From: a virus
Taxonomy: Duplodnaviria; Caudoviricetes
Virus record (IMG/VR): IMGVR_UViG_3300005939_000010
Location: 1-59,230 of that record
Length of the DNA: 59,230 nt
Direction: 5' to 3' (one strand)
The notes under the pieces were generated by a model that was not told the DNA's origin, made no database searches, and saw nothing but the letters and a program-made list of their open reading frames with translations. A program made the translations under genes and the position numbers. Of the stretch, positions 19,022-27,823 are shown one piece after another (position 1 is the stretch's first letter; each line of letters opens with the position of its first letter).

Positions 19022-19282
19022 ATGGCACTAACAAAAACCACAACAGAAGGCATCGCGAATCTACTGGTCAACGGACTCGCCTCTGGGCATCTTAGTATCG
19101 AACGGGTCAACGATGTTATGCGGACGTTTGAGCATCTTGAGATGGAATTTGGTATGGAAGCTGACGAAGAGCTCAACCCCAGAATGGAACAGGGTCATAG
19201 AGTTATCCTGCAGCAGCGCTCGCGTCTTGCTGGTAACCTGATGGATGCTATCCATACAAAGCTGGAAAAGGCTACGGCCTAA
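19022..19282 (+). CDS. hypothetical early protein
   Basis: Directly behind promoter and AGGGGTG RBS. Confidence 0.7.
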   Translation: MALTKTTTEGIANLLVNGLASGHLSIERVNDVMRTFEHLEMEFGMEADEELNPRMEQGHRVILQQRSRLAGNLMDAIHTKLEKATA

Positions 19283-19319
19283 AGAAGGCCAAACTTCAAT
19301 CAGTGAAAGGGTGAAGATC

Positions 19320-20363
19320 ATGGCACATGAAATCGAAGCACACGACGTCTTTGGTGAGGTCCGTGAGCACGGTGAAAGAGCATGGCATGGCCTCGGGGTG
19401 GGAATCCCGGACGGGTTGGAAACCTGGCCGGCATTCGAGCATATTGGCCTCGGCTGGGAAACTCAGCTGCTTCCGTTGTTCGCGACGCACACCAAGGACG
19501 GGAAGAAGAAACAGTTCAAGGTCCACTCCCATTCCGTCCACATCCGCAAGGACAATCTCCAGGAACTCGGCGTCGTCGGCTCCGGCTACAAGCCGATCAG
19601 CAACAAATCGCTCGCGGAGTTTGCGGACGCCCTGGTCGAGGTAGATAAGTCCGTCACGGTCGAGACAGCCGGTTCGCTCCGTAATGGTCGGTGCGTATTT
19701 GCCTTGGTCCGGCTGCCGAAGGACATCGCGGTGACAGACACCGACATCCTACACCAGTACGTCCTCATCCGCAACAGCCACGACGGGAGCAGCGCCTTCC
19801 AGATCTACCCGACCTCGATCCGCGTCGTCTGCGCCAACACCCTCCGGATGTCCGAACGGGACATTGCTCGAGGCATCTCCTTCCAACACACCGGCGATGT
19901 AGTTGGTAAGATCAACCACGCGCGTCTCGCCCTGGGCTTGATCACTCAGGAATCTGCAAGGTTCGAAGCCCAGGTGCGTGTCCTCGCTGCGAAGCATTTG
20001 AACAAGGACGAGGTCGCTGGCTACTTCCGTGCCTGCTACGACGCGACCTTCGGTGTGGTCCCCGATACGGCTCCCGACGACACGGACACGAGGGCCTCTC
20101 AGCGGTTCATGCGGCAGATCACCAAGCGTGACGCCCTGCTGGAAGTCTGGGGCGCCAACATGGAGAATGAGCGCCAGAGCATGGACGGAATCCGCGGCAC
20201 AGCGTGGGCTGCCTATAACGCGGTCTCGGAATATCACGACCACCAGCGCGGTCGGTTCCTCCCGGTGAGCGAGAGCCAGGGACGTGCCCACAGCAATCTC
20301 TTCGGAACCTCCAACCAGCAGAAGCTCGTGGCCTTCAAGAAGGCCCTGGTGCTGGCAAGCTAA
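19320..20363 (+). CDS. DUF932 / phage-plasmid LGT family protein
   Basis: AWHGLG, ETAGSL.NG, NSHDGS, RVVCANTL, GTAWAAYNAVSEY.DH motifs. Confidence 0.9.
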   Translation: MAHEIEAHDVFGEVREHGERAWHGLGVGIPDGLETWPAFEHIGLGWETQLLPLFATHTKDGKKKQFKVHSHSVHIRKDNLQELGVVGSGYKPISNKSLAEFADALVEVDKSVTVETAGSLRNGRCVFALVRLPKDIAVTDTDILHQYVLIRNSHDGSSAFQIYPTSIRVVCANTLRMSERDIARGISFQHTGDVVGKINHARLALGLITQESARFEAQVRVLAAKHLNKDEVAGYFRACYDATFGVVPDTAPDDTDTRASQRFMRQITKRDALLEVWGANMENERQSMDGIRGTAWAAYNAVSEYHDHQRGRFLPVSESQGRAHSNLFGTSNQQKLVAFKKALVLAS

Positions 20364-20372
20364 GACCCTTTC

Positions 20373-20410
20373 AAACGGGAGGTGGGAAGAAATTCCCATC
20401 TTTCCGTTTT
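20373..20410 (+). terminator. terminator hairpin abutting next promoter
   Basis: AAACGGGAGGTGGGA-N6-TCCCATCTTTCCGTTTT. Confidence 0.6.
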
Positions 20411-20472
20411 GCTTTTCCTAGATATAGCTTATACTTGAAGTAGAGCAATGGTGCTCAAAAGGGAATAACGCT
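20407..20472 (+). promoter_or_regulatory. early promoter cassette
   Basis: TTGCTT 20409-14, TATACT 20430-35, GAGCA-ATGG-TGCTC hairpin. Confidence 0.7.
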
Positions 20473-20733
20473 ATGAAGCTGACCGAAGCCACCTACGAAA
20501 TCAACAATCGTAAGGTTACAATCAAGAGAATCGAAATTGGCCGAATCGTGTTCTGGATTGGTGATGACTCCTCCTATAAGGCGGAAGTCACTGATGGTGA
20601 ATCTGCTTGGCAGGTAGCGAATAAGGTTCTCGTCATGACCAACGGTGGCCGCAAGAAGGCAAAGGACGTTGCTAATGTAACCAACTCGGAAATCTGCGAC
20701 CTCGGTTGTGTCATCGAGCAGATTGCTTCGTAG
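20473..20733 (+). CDS. hypothetical early protein
   Basis: Behind promoter and RBS. Confidence 0.65.
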   Translation: MKLTEATYEINNRKVTIKRIEIGRIVFWIGDDSSYKAEVTDGESAWQVANKVLVMTNGGRKKAKDVANVTNSEICDLGCVIEQIAS

Positions 20734-20742
20734 GGAGAAGCC

Positions 20743-20979
20743 ATGTTCATCGGCGGTAAACGAAAACCACACCTGACCGACTTCGTCATTCAGTACTGCG
20801 ACAAGCGGGATGAGTGTGGGAGTAAGACCTGTCCGCAACAGTCGGCCAATGGTAAGGGCATCATCAGGGCCGACGTTGCCTATATTGAAGTGCATCACTG
20901 CCCGAAGTATCGCCCGTTGGATGGCGGTCAGGTAGGAACTGAGGTTCGAGAAATGGGGGTGTGGAAAGATGGCGCTTAG
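20743..20979 (+). CDS. hypothetical Cys-rich protein
   Basis: GGGAG RBS; four Cys. Confidence 0.55.
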   Translation: MFIGGKRKPHLTDFVIQYCDKRDECGSKTCPQQSANGKGIIRADVAYIEVHHCPKYRPLDGGQVGTEVREMGVWKDGA

Positions 20980-21202
20980 GCCAGGAACAACGCGGTGGCA
21001 CTGTGCAACCTGCCAGAAGCATTTCAACACAACCCTAATACACGGCAACGTCGTGAAGTGTCCTGATTGTAGTCGAACGGTGAAGGCTCAAGGCGTTGCA
21101 CATTCGAAGGTCCAGGGCTTGGGTTCTATGTACCAGCAGAATATCGGCCTGGAGCTTTTGTTCGATGCACAGAGGCCAGACCGACAAAATCCGAAGAAAT
21201 GA
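20969..21202 (+). CDS. zinc-ribbon protein
   Basis: CATC...CPDC. Confidence 0.6.
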   Translation: MALRPGTTRWHCATCQKHFNTTLIHGNVVKCPDCSRTVKAQGVAHSKVQGLGSMYQQNIGLELLFDAQRPDRQNPKK

Positions 21203-21270
21203 TTTGGCTTCTTCTGGTTTGTAGTGTATTGTTTAGGTAGAGAAGAGAACTCTAGCCGAAAGGATAAGCC
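21203..21270 (+). promoter_or_regulatory. early promoter cassette (variant)
   Basis: TTGGCTT...TATTGT then AGGTAGAG-AAGAGAA-CTCTA leader like 18980 and 49457. Confidence 0.55.
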
Positions 21271-21414
21271 ATGAAAACGAACCTGACTATTATCACGATT
21301 GCCTTGATCGCTCTGGTATGGTGTGGTACTGCTCTTGGTAAGTGGGCCAACACTGAAAGCCAGGCGACGGAAGCTCGCTGGAATGAGGCCGTGAGTGTAC
21401 TGGGGTCGAAGTGA
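21271..21414 (+). CDS. small membrane or secreted peptide (47 aa, absent from ORF track)
   Basis: MKTNLTIITIALIALVWCGTALG...; AAGGA RBS behind promoter. Confidence 0.55.
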   Translation: MKTNLTIITIALIALVWCGTALGKWANTESQATEARWNEAVSVLGSK

Positions 21415-21656
21415 TAAGCCGGTGCTGTCGTCAGGGATGTGAACTACGTATTTTTGTACACGAGCATGGCATAGGAACCGAGGAGGCCATCCGTCGTCTC
21501 ACAGCAATGGGCCAAGCACAACGACTTGCCTATGCCTACGGCATGAGTCCCAAGAAGTACAAGAAGTGGAAGCGGAAGAAGGTGTGGGCAGCACGAATGA
21601 AATGGCTGTGGAAGTGGGTCGGCGGTTCGATCCTTTGCTTCGCAGCGCTTTCCTAG
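21411..21656 (+). CDS. hypothetical basic protein
   Basis: GTGA overlap with upstream ORF. Confidence 0.4.
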   Translation: MISRCCRQGCELRIFVHEHGIGTEEAIRRLTAMGQAQRLAYAYGMSPKKYKKWKRKKVWAARMKWLWKWVGGSILCFAALS

Positions 21657-21664
21657 GAGGTACC

Positions 21665-22189
21665 ATGAAGATGGCAGAAGAGACCAAGATCTGCAGCAAA
21701 TGCAACCTTCCCAAGCTACTCGACGATTTTCACCGTGGTTGTGTCTGCAAGCTGTGCTTCTCTGAACAAGAGGTAGCACGGAACGACAAGACCCGACCAC
21801 AGGCCATTCGTCTTGGCCAACACTACACCTGTAAGGACGACAACTTCATCCGTGCCCACTACGTAGTCATGACGGATGAGCAGATGGCTCTTCATCTGAA
21901 GAGGACCCTTCAGGGTGTCCGCGCCCACCGGCAGGATGTTCTCTGCCTGATCAAGGTCAGCGACAACCGTCTCCCTGGGCCTGACGACATCGACCATTTT
22001 TGGTTTCGGCAACGCTACGACATTGCGAAGGTCTCGGTTGAGTGCTGGCCAAACGAGGCAGGAGAAACTATCCTTGCGGTCTATAGCCCAGTGGACGCGC
22101 CGGAAGAGGCAATACATGGAGCCCTCGACGCAGCTGGATACAGCACTAAGGTCTTCCTCGCCTGGATGGTGAATAGGGTGAACGTATGA
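21665..22189 (+). CDS. hypothetical protein with N-terminal zinc finger
   Basis: AGGAGG RBS; KICSKC...CKLC. Confidence 0.6.
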   Translation: MKMAEETKICSKCNLPKLLDDFHRGCVCKLCFSEQEVARNDKTRPQAIRLGQHYTCKDDNFIRAHYVVMTDEQMALHLKRTLQGVRAHRQDVLCLIKVSDNRLPGPDDIDHFWFRQRYDIAKVSVECWPNEAGETILAVYSPVDAPEEAIHGALDAAGYSTKVFLAWMVNRVNV

Positions 22190-22297
22190 TCCGGTTCTTG
22201 GAGGGAGTGCTATGCGGCCTGCTGCTCGGGGCCCTCGGTTGGGACCTGCTCCAAGGCGCGGTGATGAAGGCGGTGAATATTGTTCAGGAGATCGGCC

Positions 22298-22624
22298 ATG
22301 CAGTGTAGCTCGACGGTGGACATCACCCTAGAGTACAGGGATCGCCAGTTCGTCGTCCAAGAGGTTCCGTACTCGGTCTCCTACGACTACGGCCCTGGCT
22401 GCCGCTACTGTGCCAACGGCGACCCTGGAGAGTCTCCATCGGAGGACTTCCAGTTTACCTGTGGGATGACGGTAGAGGAGGTGATCGAGGTCATTGCAGA
22501 AGCCTTCATCGCCGACTCCGAGGCGGTTCCGGCCTGGGTGGCGGCCGAGGCCTCCAGCATCCTGCACGCGATCCAGAAGGAAGCCTACGACCGAGTCTAC
22601 GACAGGCTGGTCAGCTCCGTCTAG
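22298..22624 (+). CDS. hypothetical protein
   Basis: AGGAG RBS; acidic. Confidence 0.55.
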   Translation: MQCSSTVDITLEYRDRQFVVQEVPYSVSYDYGPGCRYCANGDPGESPSEDFQFTCGMTVEEVIEVIAEAFIADSEAVPAWVAAEASSILHAIQKEAYDRVYDRLVSSV

Positions 22625-22670
22625 AGGCGTCGGTATACTACGTCTGAACCGAAACCTTCAGGAGGATACT

Positions 22671-22958
22671 ATGTCTCAACGTGTATGGCGGCTGACAATC
22701 GAAAAGGAGAATGGCAACCTCCCCCAGATCTGTGGATCAGAGGAGGCGATGCGGTCCGAGTTGAACGCTTGGGTGGAGCACGAGAACAGTTCCGCTGACG
22801 AGTGGCTCCAGCACGAGGAGAGTGGACAAACATACCGAAACATCGAGGCCAGCAAGGTTCGCCAGGTGGATGGTTTCATGGACGACGCGGCCAGAAGCCC
22901 TGTCGTCCTCGCCTACCGTTTCATCGACGTACTGGGAATGTTCCTTCTTGAGATGTAA
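22671..22958 (+). CDS. hypothetical protein
   Basis: GGAGG RBS; TATACT upstream near 22634. Confidence 0.6.
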   Translation: MSQRVWRLTIEKENGNLPQICGSEEAMRSELNAWVEHENSSADEWLQHEESGQTYRNIEASKVRQVDGFMDDAARSPVVLAYRFIDVLGMFLLEM

Positions 22959-22969
22959 GGGGTAAGGCT

Positions 22970-23311
22970 ATGCAGAAGAGCGAAGCACATGGAATCATGA
23001 GAGACGTTATCCGGAAGCTCCCTGCCGGCTGGAGTGGTAGATGCTGGGACAACTGCGGTTGGCACGTTGAGTGGTTCAACGGCGCTGTGAAGCTCTATTA
23101 CTGCGGGTTGCTCGCCTCCCGAAAGACCGGACGCAACTTCTGGGCCATGGTGGGAGAGCCAGGTAGTCTGGGCGGGATTCCGTTCTTGACGCGACCGAAG
23201 ATTCGACACTTCAGGAATCCCAAGAGTGCAATCAGGAGCGCGGTTCGGTATGCCCAGGATAGGCTTGCTCCGATCCACATGTCACTGGACCAGGTCGAGG
23301 CCTACCTATGA
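22970..23311 (+). CDS. hypothetical protein
   Basis: RBS; ATGA overlap with helicase. Confidence 0.55.
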   Translation: MQKSEAHGIMRDVIRKLPAGWSGRCWDNCGWHVEWFNGAVKLYYCGLLASRKTGRNFWAMVGEPGSLGGIPFLTRPKIRHFRNPKSAIRSAVRYAQDRLAPIHMSLDQVEAYL

Positions 23312-24759
23312 CCTACAAGTACAAGACAAAACCGTATGACCATCAGCATGAGGAGTTCACCCAGCATGGGAAGGATCCCTTCCGTGGGTTGTTCTGGGAG
23401 CAGGGTGTCGGCAAAACAAAGCCGGTCATCGACTCTACGGCCTACCTCTATGGCGAGAAGGAGATCGACGGCCTGTGTGTGATAGCGCCGAATGGGGTGC
23501 ACCGGAACTGGGTCTCCGACGAGATCGTTGCCCACATGCCAGACCACATCGCCGAACGGATGCAGTCTCACATCTGGTATAGCACGGACACCAAGAAGCA
23601 CGCACGGTCGTTTGGGTATGCTCTGAACCACGACGGCCTGGCCTGCCTGGTCATGTCCTATAACGCGATCTGGACAAATCGGGGTCGCGACGCATGGAAG
23701 GCTTTCCTCAAGAAGCGTCGGTGCATGTACGTCCTTGACGAAAGTCAGCGAGTCAAGAATCCAAGTGCCAAGTGGTCCAAGCGCCTGCTTGGTTCGGCGA
23801 CAGTTGGGGCTCCCTACCGGCGCACCCTGTCTGGAACACCGGTGACGAACTCTCCGTTCGACATCTACAACCAGCTACGGTTCTTGGTGCCAAATATCTG
23901 GCATCAGTTTGGCATCCGGGAGTTTTCTGCCTTCAAGCAGTACTTCGGCATCTGGGAGCAGCGATACATCAGCGAGGAGAAGTCGTTCCCGCATTGTGTT
24001 GCATACAAGAACCTCAACACGCTACACCAAATCCTACACGAGGTCGGAACGCGATTGACCAAAGACGAAGTCCTTGACCTGCCGCCCAAGCAATTCTCCA
24101 AGCGATACTACGACTTGACGTCTACACAGAAGAGGGCTTACCAGCAACTCAGAGACGACTTCGTTATCGAACTGGAGAATGGGGAGATCACGGCGATGCT
24201 TGCTATCGTCCGGCTCCTGCGGTTCCAGCAAATTTGCTGCGGCTACCTACCAACCGATGACGACAACCCGACACTCCGCGACCTCCCTGGTGGCAACCCA
24301 CGGCTGGCTCTCTTGGTCGATACGATTGACGAGCTCCCACACAAAGCGATCATCTGGGCAAGGTTCACCAGGGACATCGACCTAATCACCCAACACCCGA
24401 AGCTCAAGAACAGATGCGTCTTCGTAGACGGCAGGGTCACAGGGCCCAGAAGAGGCGAGGCGCTTGATGCCTTCCAGAAGGGCAACGACGTGCAGTTCTT
24501 AGTGGCCTCTGCGGCTGCTATCGGAACCGGCGTCACGCTGACGGCCGCACGGACGGTGGTATACTACAGCAACTATTTTGATCTAGAGCTCCGGCTCCAA
24601 TCAGAAGACCGTGCTCACCGCATCGGTCAGGAGCATCCGGTGAACTACATCGATCTGTGCTGCCCCAAGACCGTGGACGTGCAGATCATCGAGTCTCTGC
24701 GGAAGAAGGTCGGTGTGGCCTCTGTCATCACCGGCGACGTTTTGAAGGAGTGGATATGA
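23308..24759 (+). CDS. SNF2-family (SF2) helicase
   Basis: EQGVGKT, VLDESQ, LSGTP, QSEDRAHRIGQ motifs. Confidence 0.93.
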   Translation: MTYKYKTKPYDHQHEEFTQHGKDPFRGLFWEQGVGKTKPVIDSTAYLYGEKEIDGLCVIAPNGVHRNWVSDEIVAHMPDHIAERMQSHIWYSTDTKKHARSFGYALNHDGLACLVMSYNAIWTNRGRDAWKAFLKKRRCMYVLDESQRVKNPSAKWSKRLLGSATVGAPYRRTLSGTPVTNSPFDIYNQLRFLVPNIWHQFGIREFSAFKQYFGIWEQRYISEEKSFPHCVAYKNLNTLHQILHEVGTRLTKDEVLDLPPKQFSKRYYDLTSTQKRAYQQLRDDFVIELENGEITAMLAIVRLLRFQQICCGYLPTDDDNPTLRDLPGGNPRLALLVDTIDELPHKAIIWARFTRDIDLITQHPKLKNRCVFVDGRVTGPRRGEALDAFQKGNDVQFLVASAAAIGTGVTLTAARTVVYYSNYFDLELRLQSEDRAHRIGQEHPVNYIDLCCPKTVDVQIIESLRKKVGVASVITGDVLKEWI

Positions 24760-24974
24760 TACGACTACTGATCCTACTACCGATTATGATGGGCCTCGCA
24801 ATCAGTTGCATTCACCATGAGGCGCCGGTGGGCTATACTTACACGGTTCCCATTATAGAGCCGAGCAGGCACGAGCCGGACTGGGTTGGTGAGGTACTCC
24901 TCCGGTGGTGTATTGAGTCGTTGCTGCGAGATCCGAATAAGTTTGATCCGCACGGTATCATAGCAAAGGGGTGA
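24756..24974 (+). CDS. small putative lipoprotein or membrane protein
   Basis: MIRLLILLPIMMGLAISC; ATGA overlap. Confidence 0.45.
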   Translation: MIRLLILLPIMMGLAISCIHHEAPVGYTYTVPIIEPSRHEPDWVGEVLLRWCIESLLRDPNKFDPHGIIAKG

Positions 24975-24976
24975 CC

Positions 24977-25540
24977 ATGGCTAAAGACCCATTCGCAGGT
25001 TTCAGAATTGAGAAAAAGCCCACTGACGAAGCCTTCGCCAAGTTGGACGAACTCATCAGGCAGCTGCTTAAGGCTGAAAAGGACGTAGAGGTAGCTGACG
25101 CGGCCTTGAAGAAGGCCCAGGCGGTGAAGAGGCAACTCGAGGAGTACGATCTGCCAGAGTTCATGGCCGGTCTCGGTCTCTCAGACTTCACATCTACCTC
25201 TGGGCTATGTGTGACTGTCATTAAGAAGATACGAGCCTCTATCGGCGACCGCAAGGCCAAGGCGTTCAAGTGGCTAATAGAGAATGGCCATGGCGGACTC
25301 ATTAAGCGTAGCGTGATGGTCGCGTTCAATGTGGACCAGGGTGATGCCGCTGGTAAGTTGGTGAAGGAATTACGGCTACGCGAGGACTGTGGCGCCGGAG
25401 TAAAGCAGGAGATGAAGGTGGAGGCAGCATCACTGACATCCTTTGTGAGGAAGCAGCTGGAAGCCGGCACCTCAATACCAACCGATGTGTTCGGGGTGTT
25501 CGAGCAAAAGTACGCTAAGATCGATCTCAAGAAAGACTAA
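24977..25540 (+). CDS. conserved phage replication-region protein
   Basis: AFKWLIENGHGGLIK and SLTSFVRKQLEAG motifs; typical position before the SSB-like gene. Confidence 0.65.
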   Translation: MAKDPFAGFRIEKKPTDEAFAKLDELIRQLLKAEKDVEVADAALKKAQAVKRQLEEYDLPEFMAGLGLSDFTSTSGLCVTVIKKIRASIGDRKAKAFKWLIENGHGGLIKRSVMVAFNVDQGDAAGKLVKELRLREDCGAGVKQEMKVEAASLTSFVRKQLEAGTSIPTDVFGVFEQKYAKIDLKKD

Positions 25541-25611
25541 CGTCCATGTGGACCGTGCCGCAGCGCCGGAGCACGTAAAAGGGTCCGCCGCATTTTGAGG
25601 AGATTCAGGTA

Positions 25612-26433
25612 ATGGCAAAAGACAAGAAAACTGCACTGGCCGCGCCGAGCGCTGCTAATGCATTGGCGAAGGCTGACTTCGGCGAACACGCTGGCGTCGG
25701 CTTCGAGAACCAGACAACTGACGACATCGCCATCCCGTTTCTGGGTCTAGTCCAGGCGCTCAGCCCAGAGAAGGAGGAGAATCATCCGAAGCAAATCCCG
25801 GGAGCCGTGGAGGGGAGTCTGTTCAATACGGTCACACGGGAGCTCTTCGGCGACACGGTATACTTCGTGCCGTGTACCACCGAGCATGTCTACGTTGAGT
25901 GGATTTCCCGCGACGATGGTGGCGGATTCGTCGGCATTCATACCCCTTCGTCCGAATTCGTCAAGGCCTCCAAGGCTGCGGCTGAGCAGTTCAACCACCT
26001 CAAGACCGACGAGGGTCACGAGCTTCAGGAAACCTTCTACATCTACGGCCTCCTGCTCGACGGTGCCAACGGTAAGGCGGGAACCAGCCCGATCGTGATT
26101 GCCTTCACGTCGACCAAGATCAAGAAGTACAAGGCCCTGATGACGAAGCTACATACCGTCAAGTCGACACCGCCGATGTATGCCTTCCGCCTTGGCATCA
26201 CGTCGTGTCCTGACAAGAACAAGAAGGGCCAGCCCTTCAAGAACTTCGAGATTGCTCCCGCCCAAGGCGCTTCGATCATGGACGCGGTCAATCTCCCCGG
26301 CACGGATTTCCAGGGATTGCTCGAAGAGGGTAAGGCCCTTGTTCGGGCAGTTCAGGGCGGTCTGGCCAAGGCTGACCACGCCTCGCAGACCGGTGAGACC
26401 AAGGCCGAGGGCGACGCTGACGAAGTCTTCTAA
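25612..26433 (+). CDS. putative ssDNA-binding / annealing protein
   Basis: GFEN.TTDDIAIPFL.LVQALSPE motif; acidic tail ending DADEVF. Confidence 0.65.
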   Translation: MAKDKKTALAAPSAANALAKADFGEHAGVGFENQTTDDIAIPFLGLVQALSPEKEENHPKQIPGAVEGSLFNTVTRELFGDTVYFVPCTTEHVYVEWISRDDGGGFVGIHTPSSEFVKASKAAAEQFNHLKTDEGHELQETFYIYGLLLDGANGKAGTSPIVIAFTSTKIKKYKALMTKLHTVKSTPPMYAFRLGITSCPDKNKKGQPFKNFEIAPAQGASIMDAVNLPGTDFQGLLEEGKALVRAVQGGLAKADHASQTGETKAEGDADEVF

Positions 26434-26458
26434 GTCTCTTCTGAGTACCTCACTCCAC

Positions 26459-26496
26459 GGCAGCGCCTGCCCACCCCAGCAGGCGCTGCCACTTTT
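26459..26496 (+). terminator. Rho-independent terminator
   Basis: GGCAGCGCCTGC-N8-GCAGGCGCTGCC-ACTTTT. Confidence 0.8.
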
Positions 26497-26585
26497 GGAT
26501 AAGGAGGTGACGGCATGCTAGAGGTGCGACAAATAGTTGAGATTCTCATTTGTGTTCTGTTTCTGCATATGATAAGGGACAAGCG

Positions 26586-27815
26586 ATGAAGTGGGGTCGC
26601 CAACAAGAGGAAGCGATCAGCGCCGTAAGGCGGTGGCTAAGGAACACAAGCGATCAGCAAGTCTTCAGGTTGTTCGGCTATGCTGGCACTGGTAAGACTA
26701 CGCTCGCTGTGTACTTAGCAGAGAACGCTGGTCGGGTGCTCTTCGGAGCATACACTGGTAAAGCTGCATCAGTCATGCGGAAGCGCGGCTGCTCTATGGC
26801 CCAAACCATTCACCAGTTGATCTACCTCCCAGCATCTCGGTCAAAGGAGAAGCTCCGCGACCTACAGCGAGACCTCATGGAGGCTGCACATGAACTCCGC
26901 AGTGAGGGAGCAGAACAGGAACAGATCGACAAATCCACGGCTATCATACGAATCAAGCATGATATCGAGATCGAAGAGGCACGGCTCAAACGTCCCCGGT
27001 TCTCACTGAACTTAGACTCGACTGTGAAGGATGTCGACCTCGTCGTTATTGACGAATGCTCGATGGTTGATGAACGTATGGGTCAGGACCTTCTCTCCTT
27101 TGACACACCGGTCCTCGTCCTCGGCGATTCTGCTCAACTCCCCCCGGTGAGAGGTGGTGGCTTCTTTACCGACAAGAAGCCAGACATCATGCTGACAGAG
27201 ATCCACCGGCAGGCGCGTAACAACCCCATCATTGACCTGGCGACAAAGGTTCGTCTCGGCGAGACCCTCATCCCGGGAACCTATGGAGAGTCTGTCGTGA
27301 TGACCGGAAAGCCTGACCCTGCCATAGTAAAGGCTGCTGACCAGATCCTTGTTGGTCGCAACAAGACTCGTCGATATGTCAACTTCCGCATGCGGGCCCT
27401 CCTGGGCAAAGAGGGCGAACCTGCTCCCGTCCCCGGCGATCGACTGGTGTGCCTTCGTAATGATCACGAGGCTGGTCTTCTGAATGGTACTGTCTGGTCC
27501 TGTAGGGACGCGGCCTATGTAGACGGATACGATAGGATCGGGCTGACAGTTGAGGACGAGGACGGCGATGTGACGATCGATGTAGAGGCCCACATGCATT
27601 ACTTCGAAGGCCGGGAGGACGAGCTCCGCCACTGGGAGATAGCTGAGGCCCAGTGCTTTGATTATGGGTATGCCCTGACGACGCATAAGGCCCAGGGATC
27701 ACAATGGCCTCGCGTCTTTGTCTTCAACGAGAGCCACATATTCCGTGGGTCTGCAAGGAAGTGGCTCTATACTGCTATCACGAGAGCTTCAGAACAAATC
27801 ACGATTTGCCAATAG
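26586..27815 (+). CDS. RecD/Dda-like SF1B helicase
   Basis: GYAGTGKTT, IDECSM, GDSAQLPPV, YALTTHKAQGSQW, YTAITRA. Confidence 0.93.
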   Translation: MKWGRQQEEAISAVRRWLRNTSDQQVFRLFGYAGTGKTTLAVYLAENAGRVLFGAYTGKAASVMRKRGCSMAQTIHQLIYLPASRSKEKLRDLQRDLMEAAHELRSEGAEQEQIDKSTAIIRIKHDIEIEEARLKRPRFSLNLDSTVKDVDLVVIDECSMVDERMGQDLLSFDTPVLVLGDSAQLPPVRGGGFFTDKKPDIMLTEIHRQARNNPIIDLATKVRLGETLIPGTYGESVVMTGKPDPAIVKAADQILVGRNKTRRYVNFRMRALLGKEGEPAPVPGDRLVCLRNDHEAGLLNGTVWSCRDAAYVDGYDRIGLTVEDEDGDVTIDVEAHMHYFEGREDELRHWEIAEAQCFDYGYALTTHKAQGSQWPRVFVFNESHIFRGSARKWLYTAITRASEQITICQ

Positions 27816-27823
27816 GAGATTAG

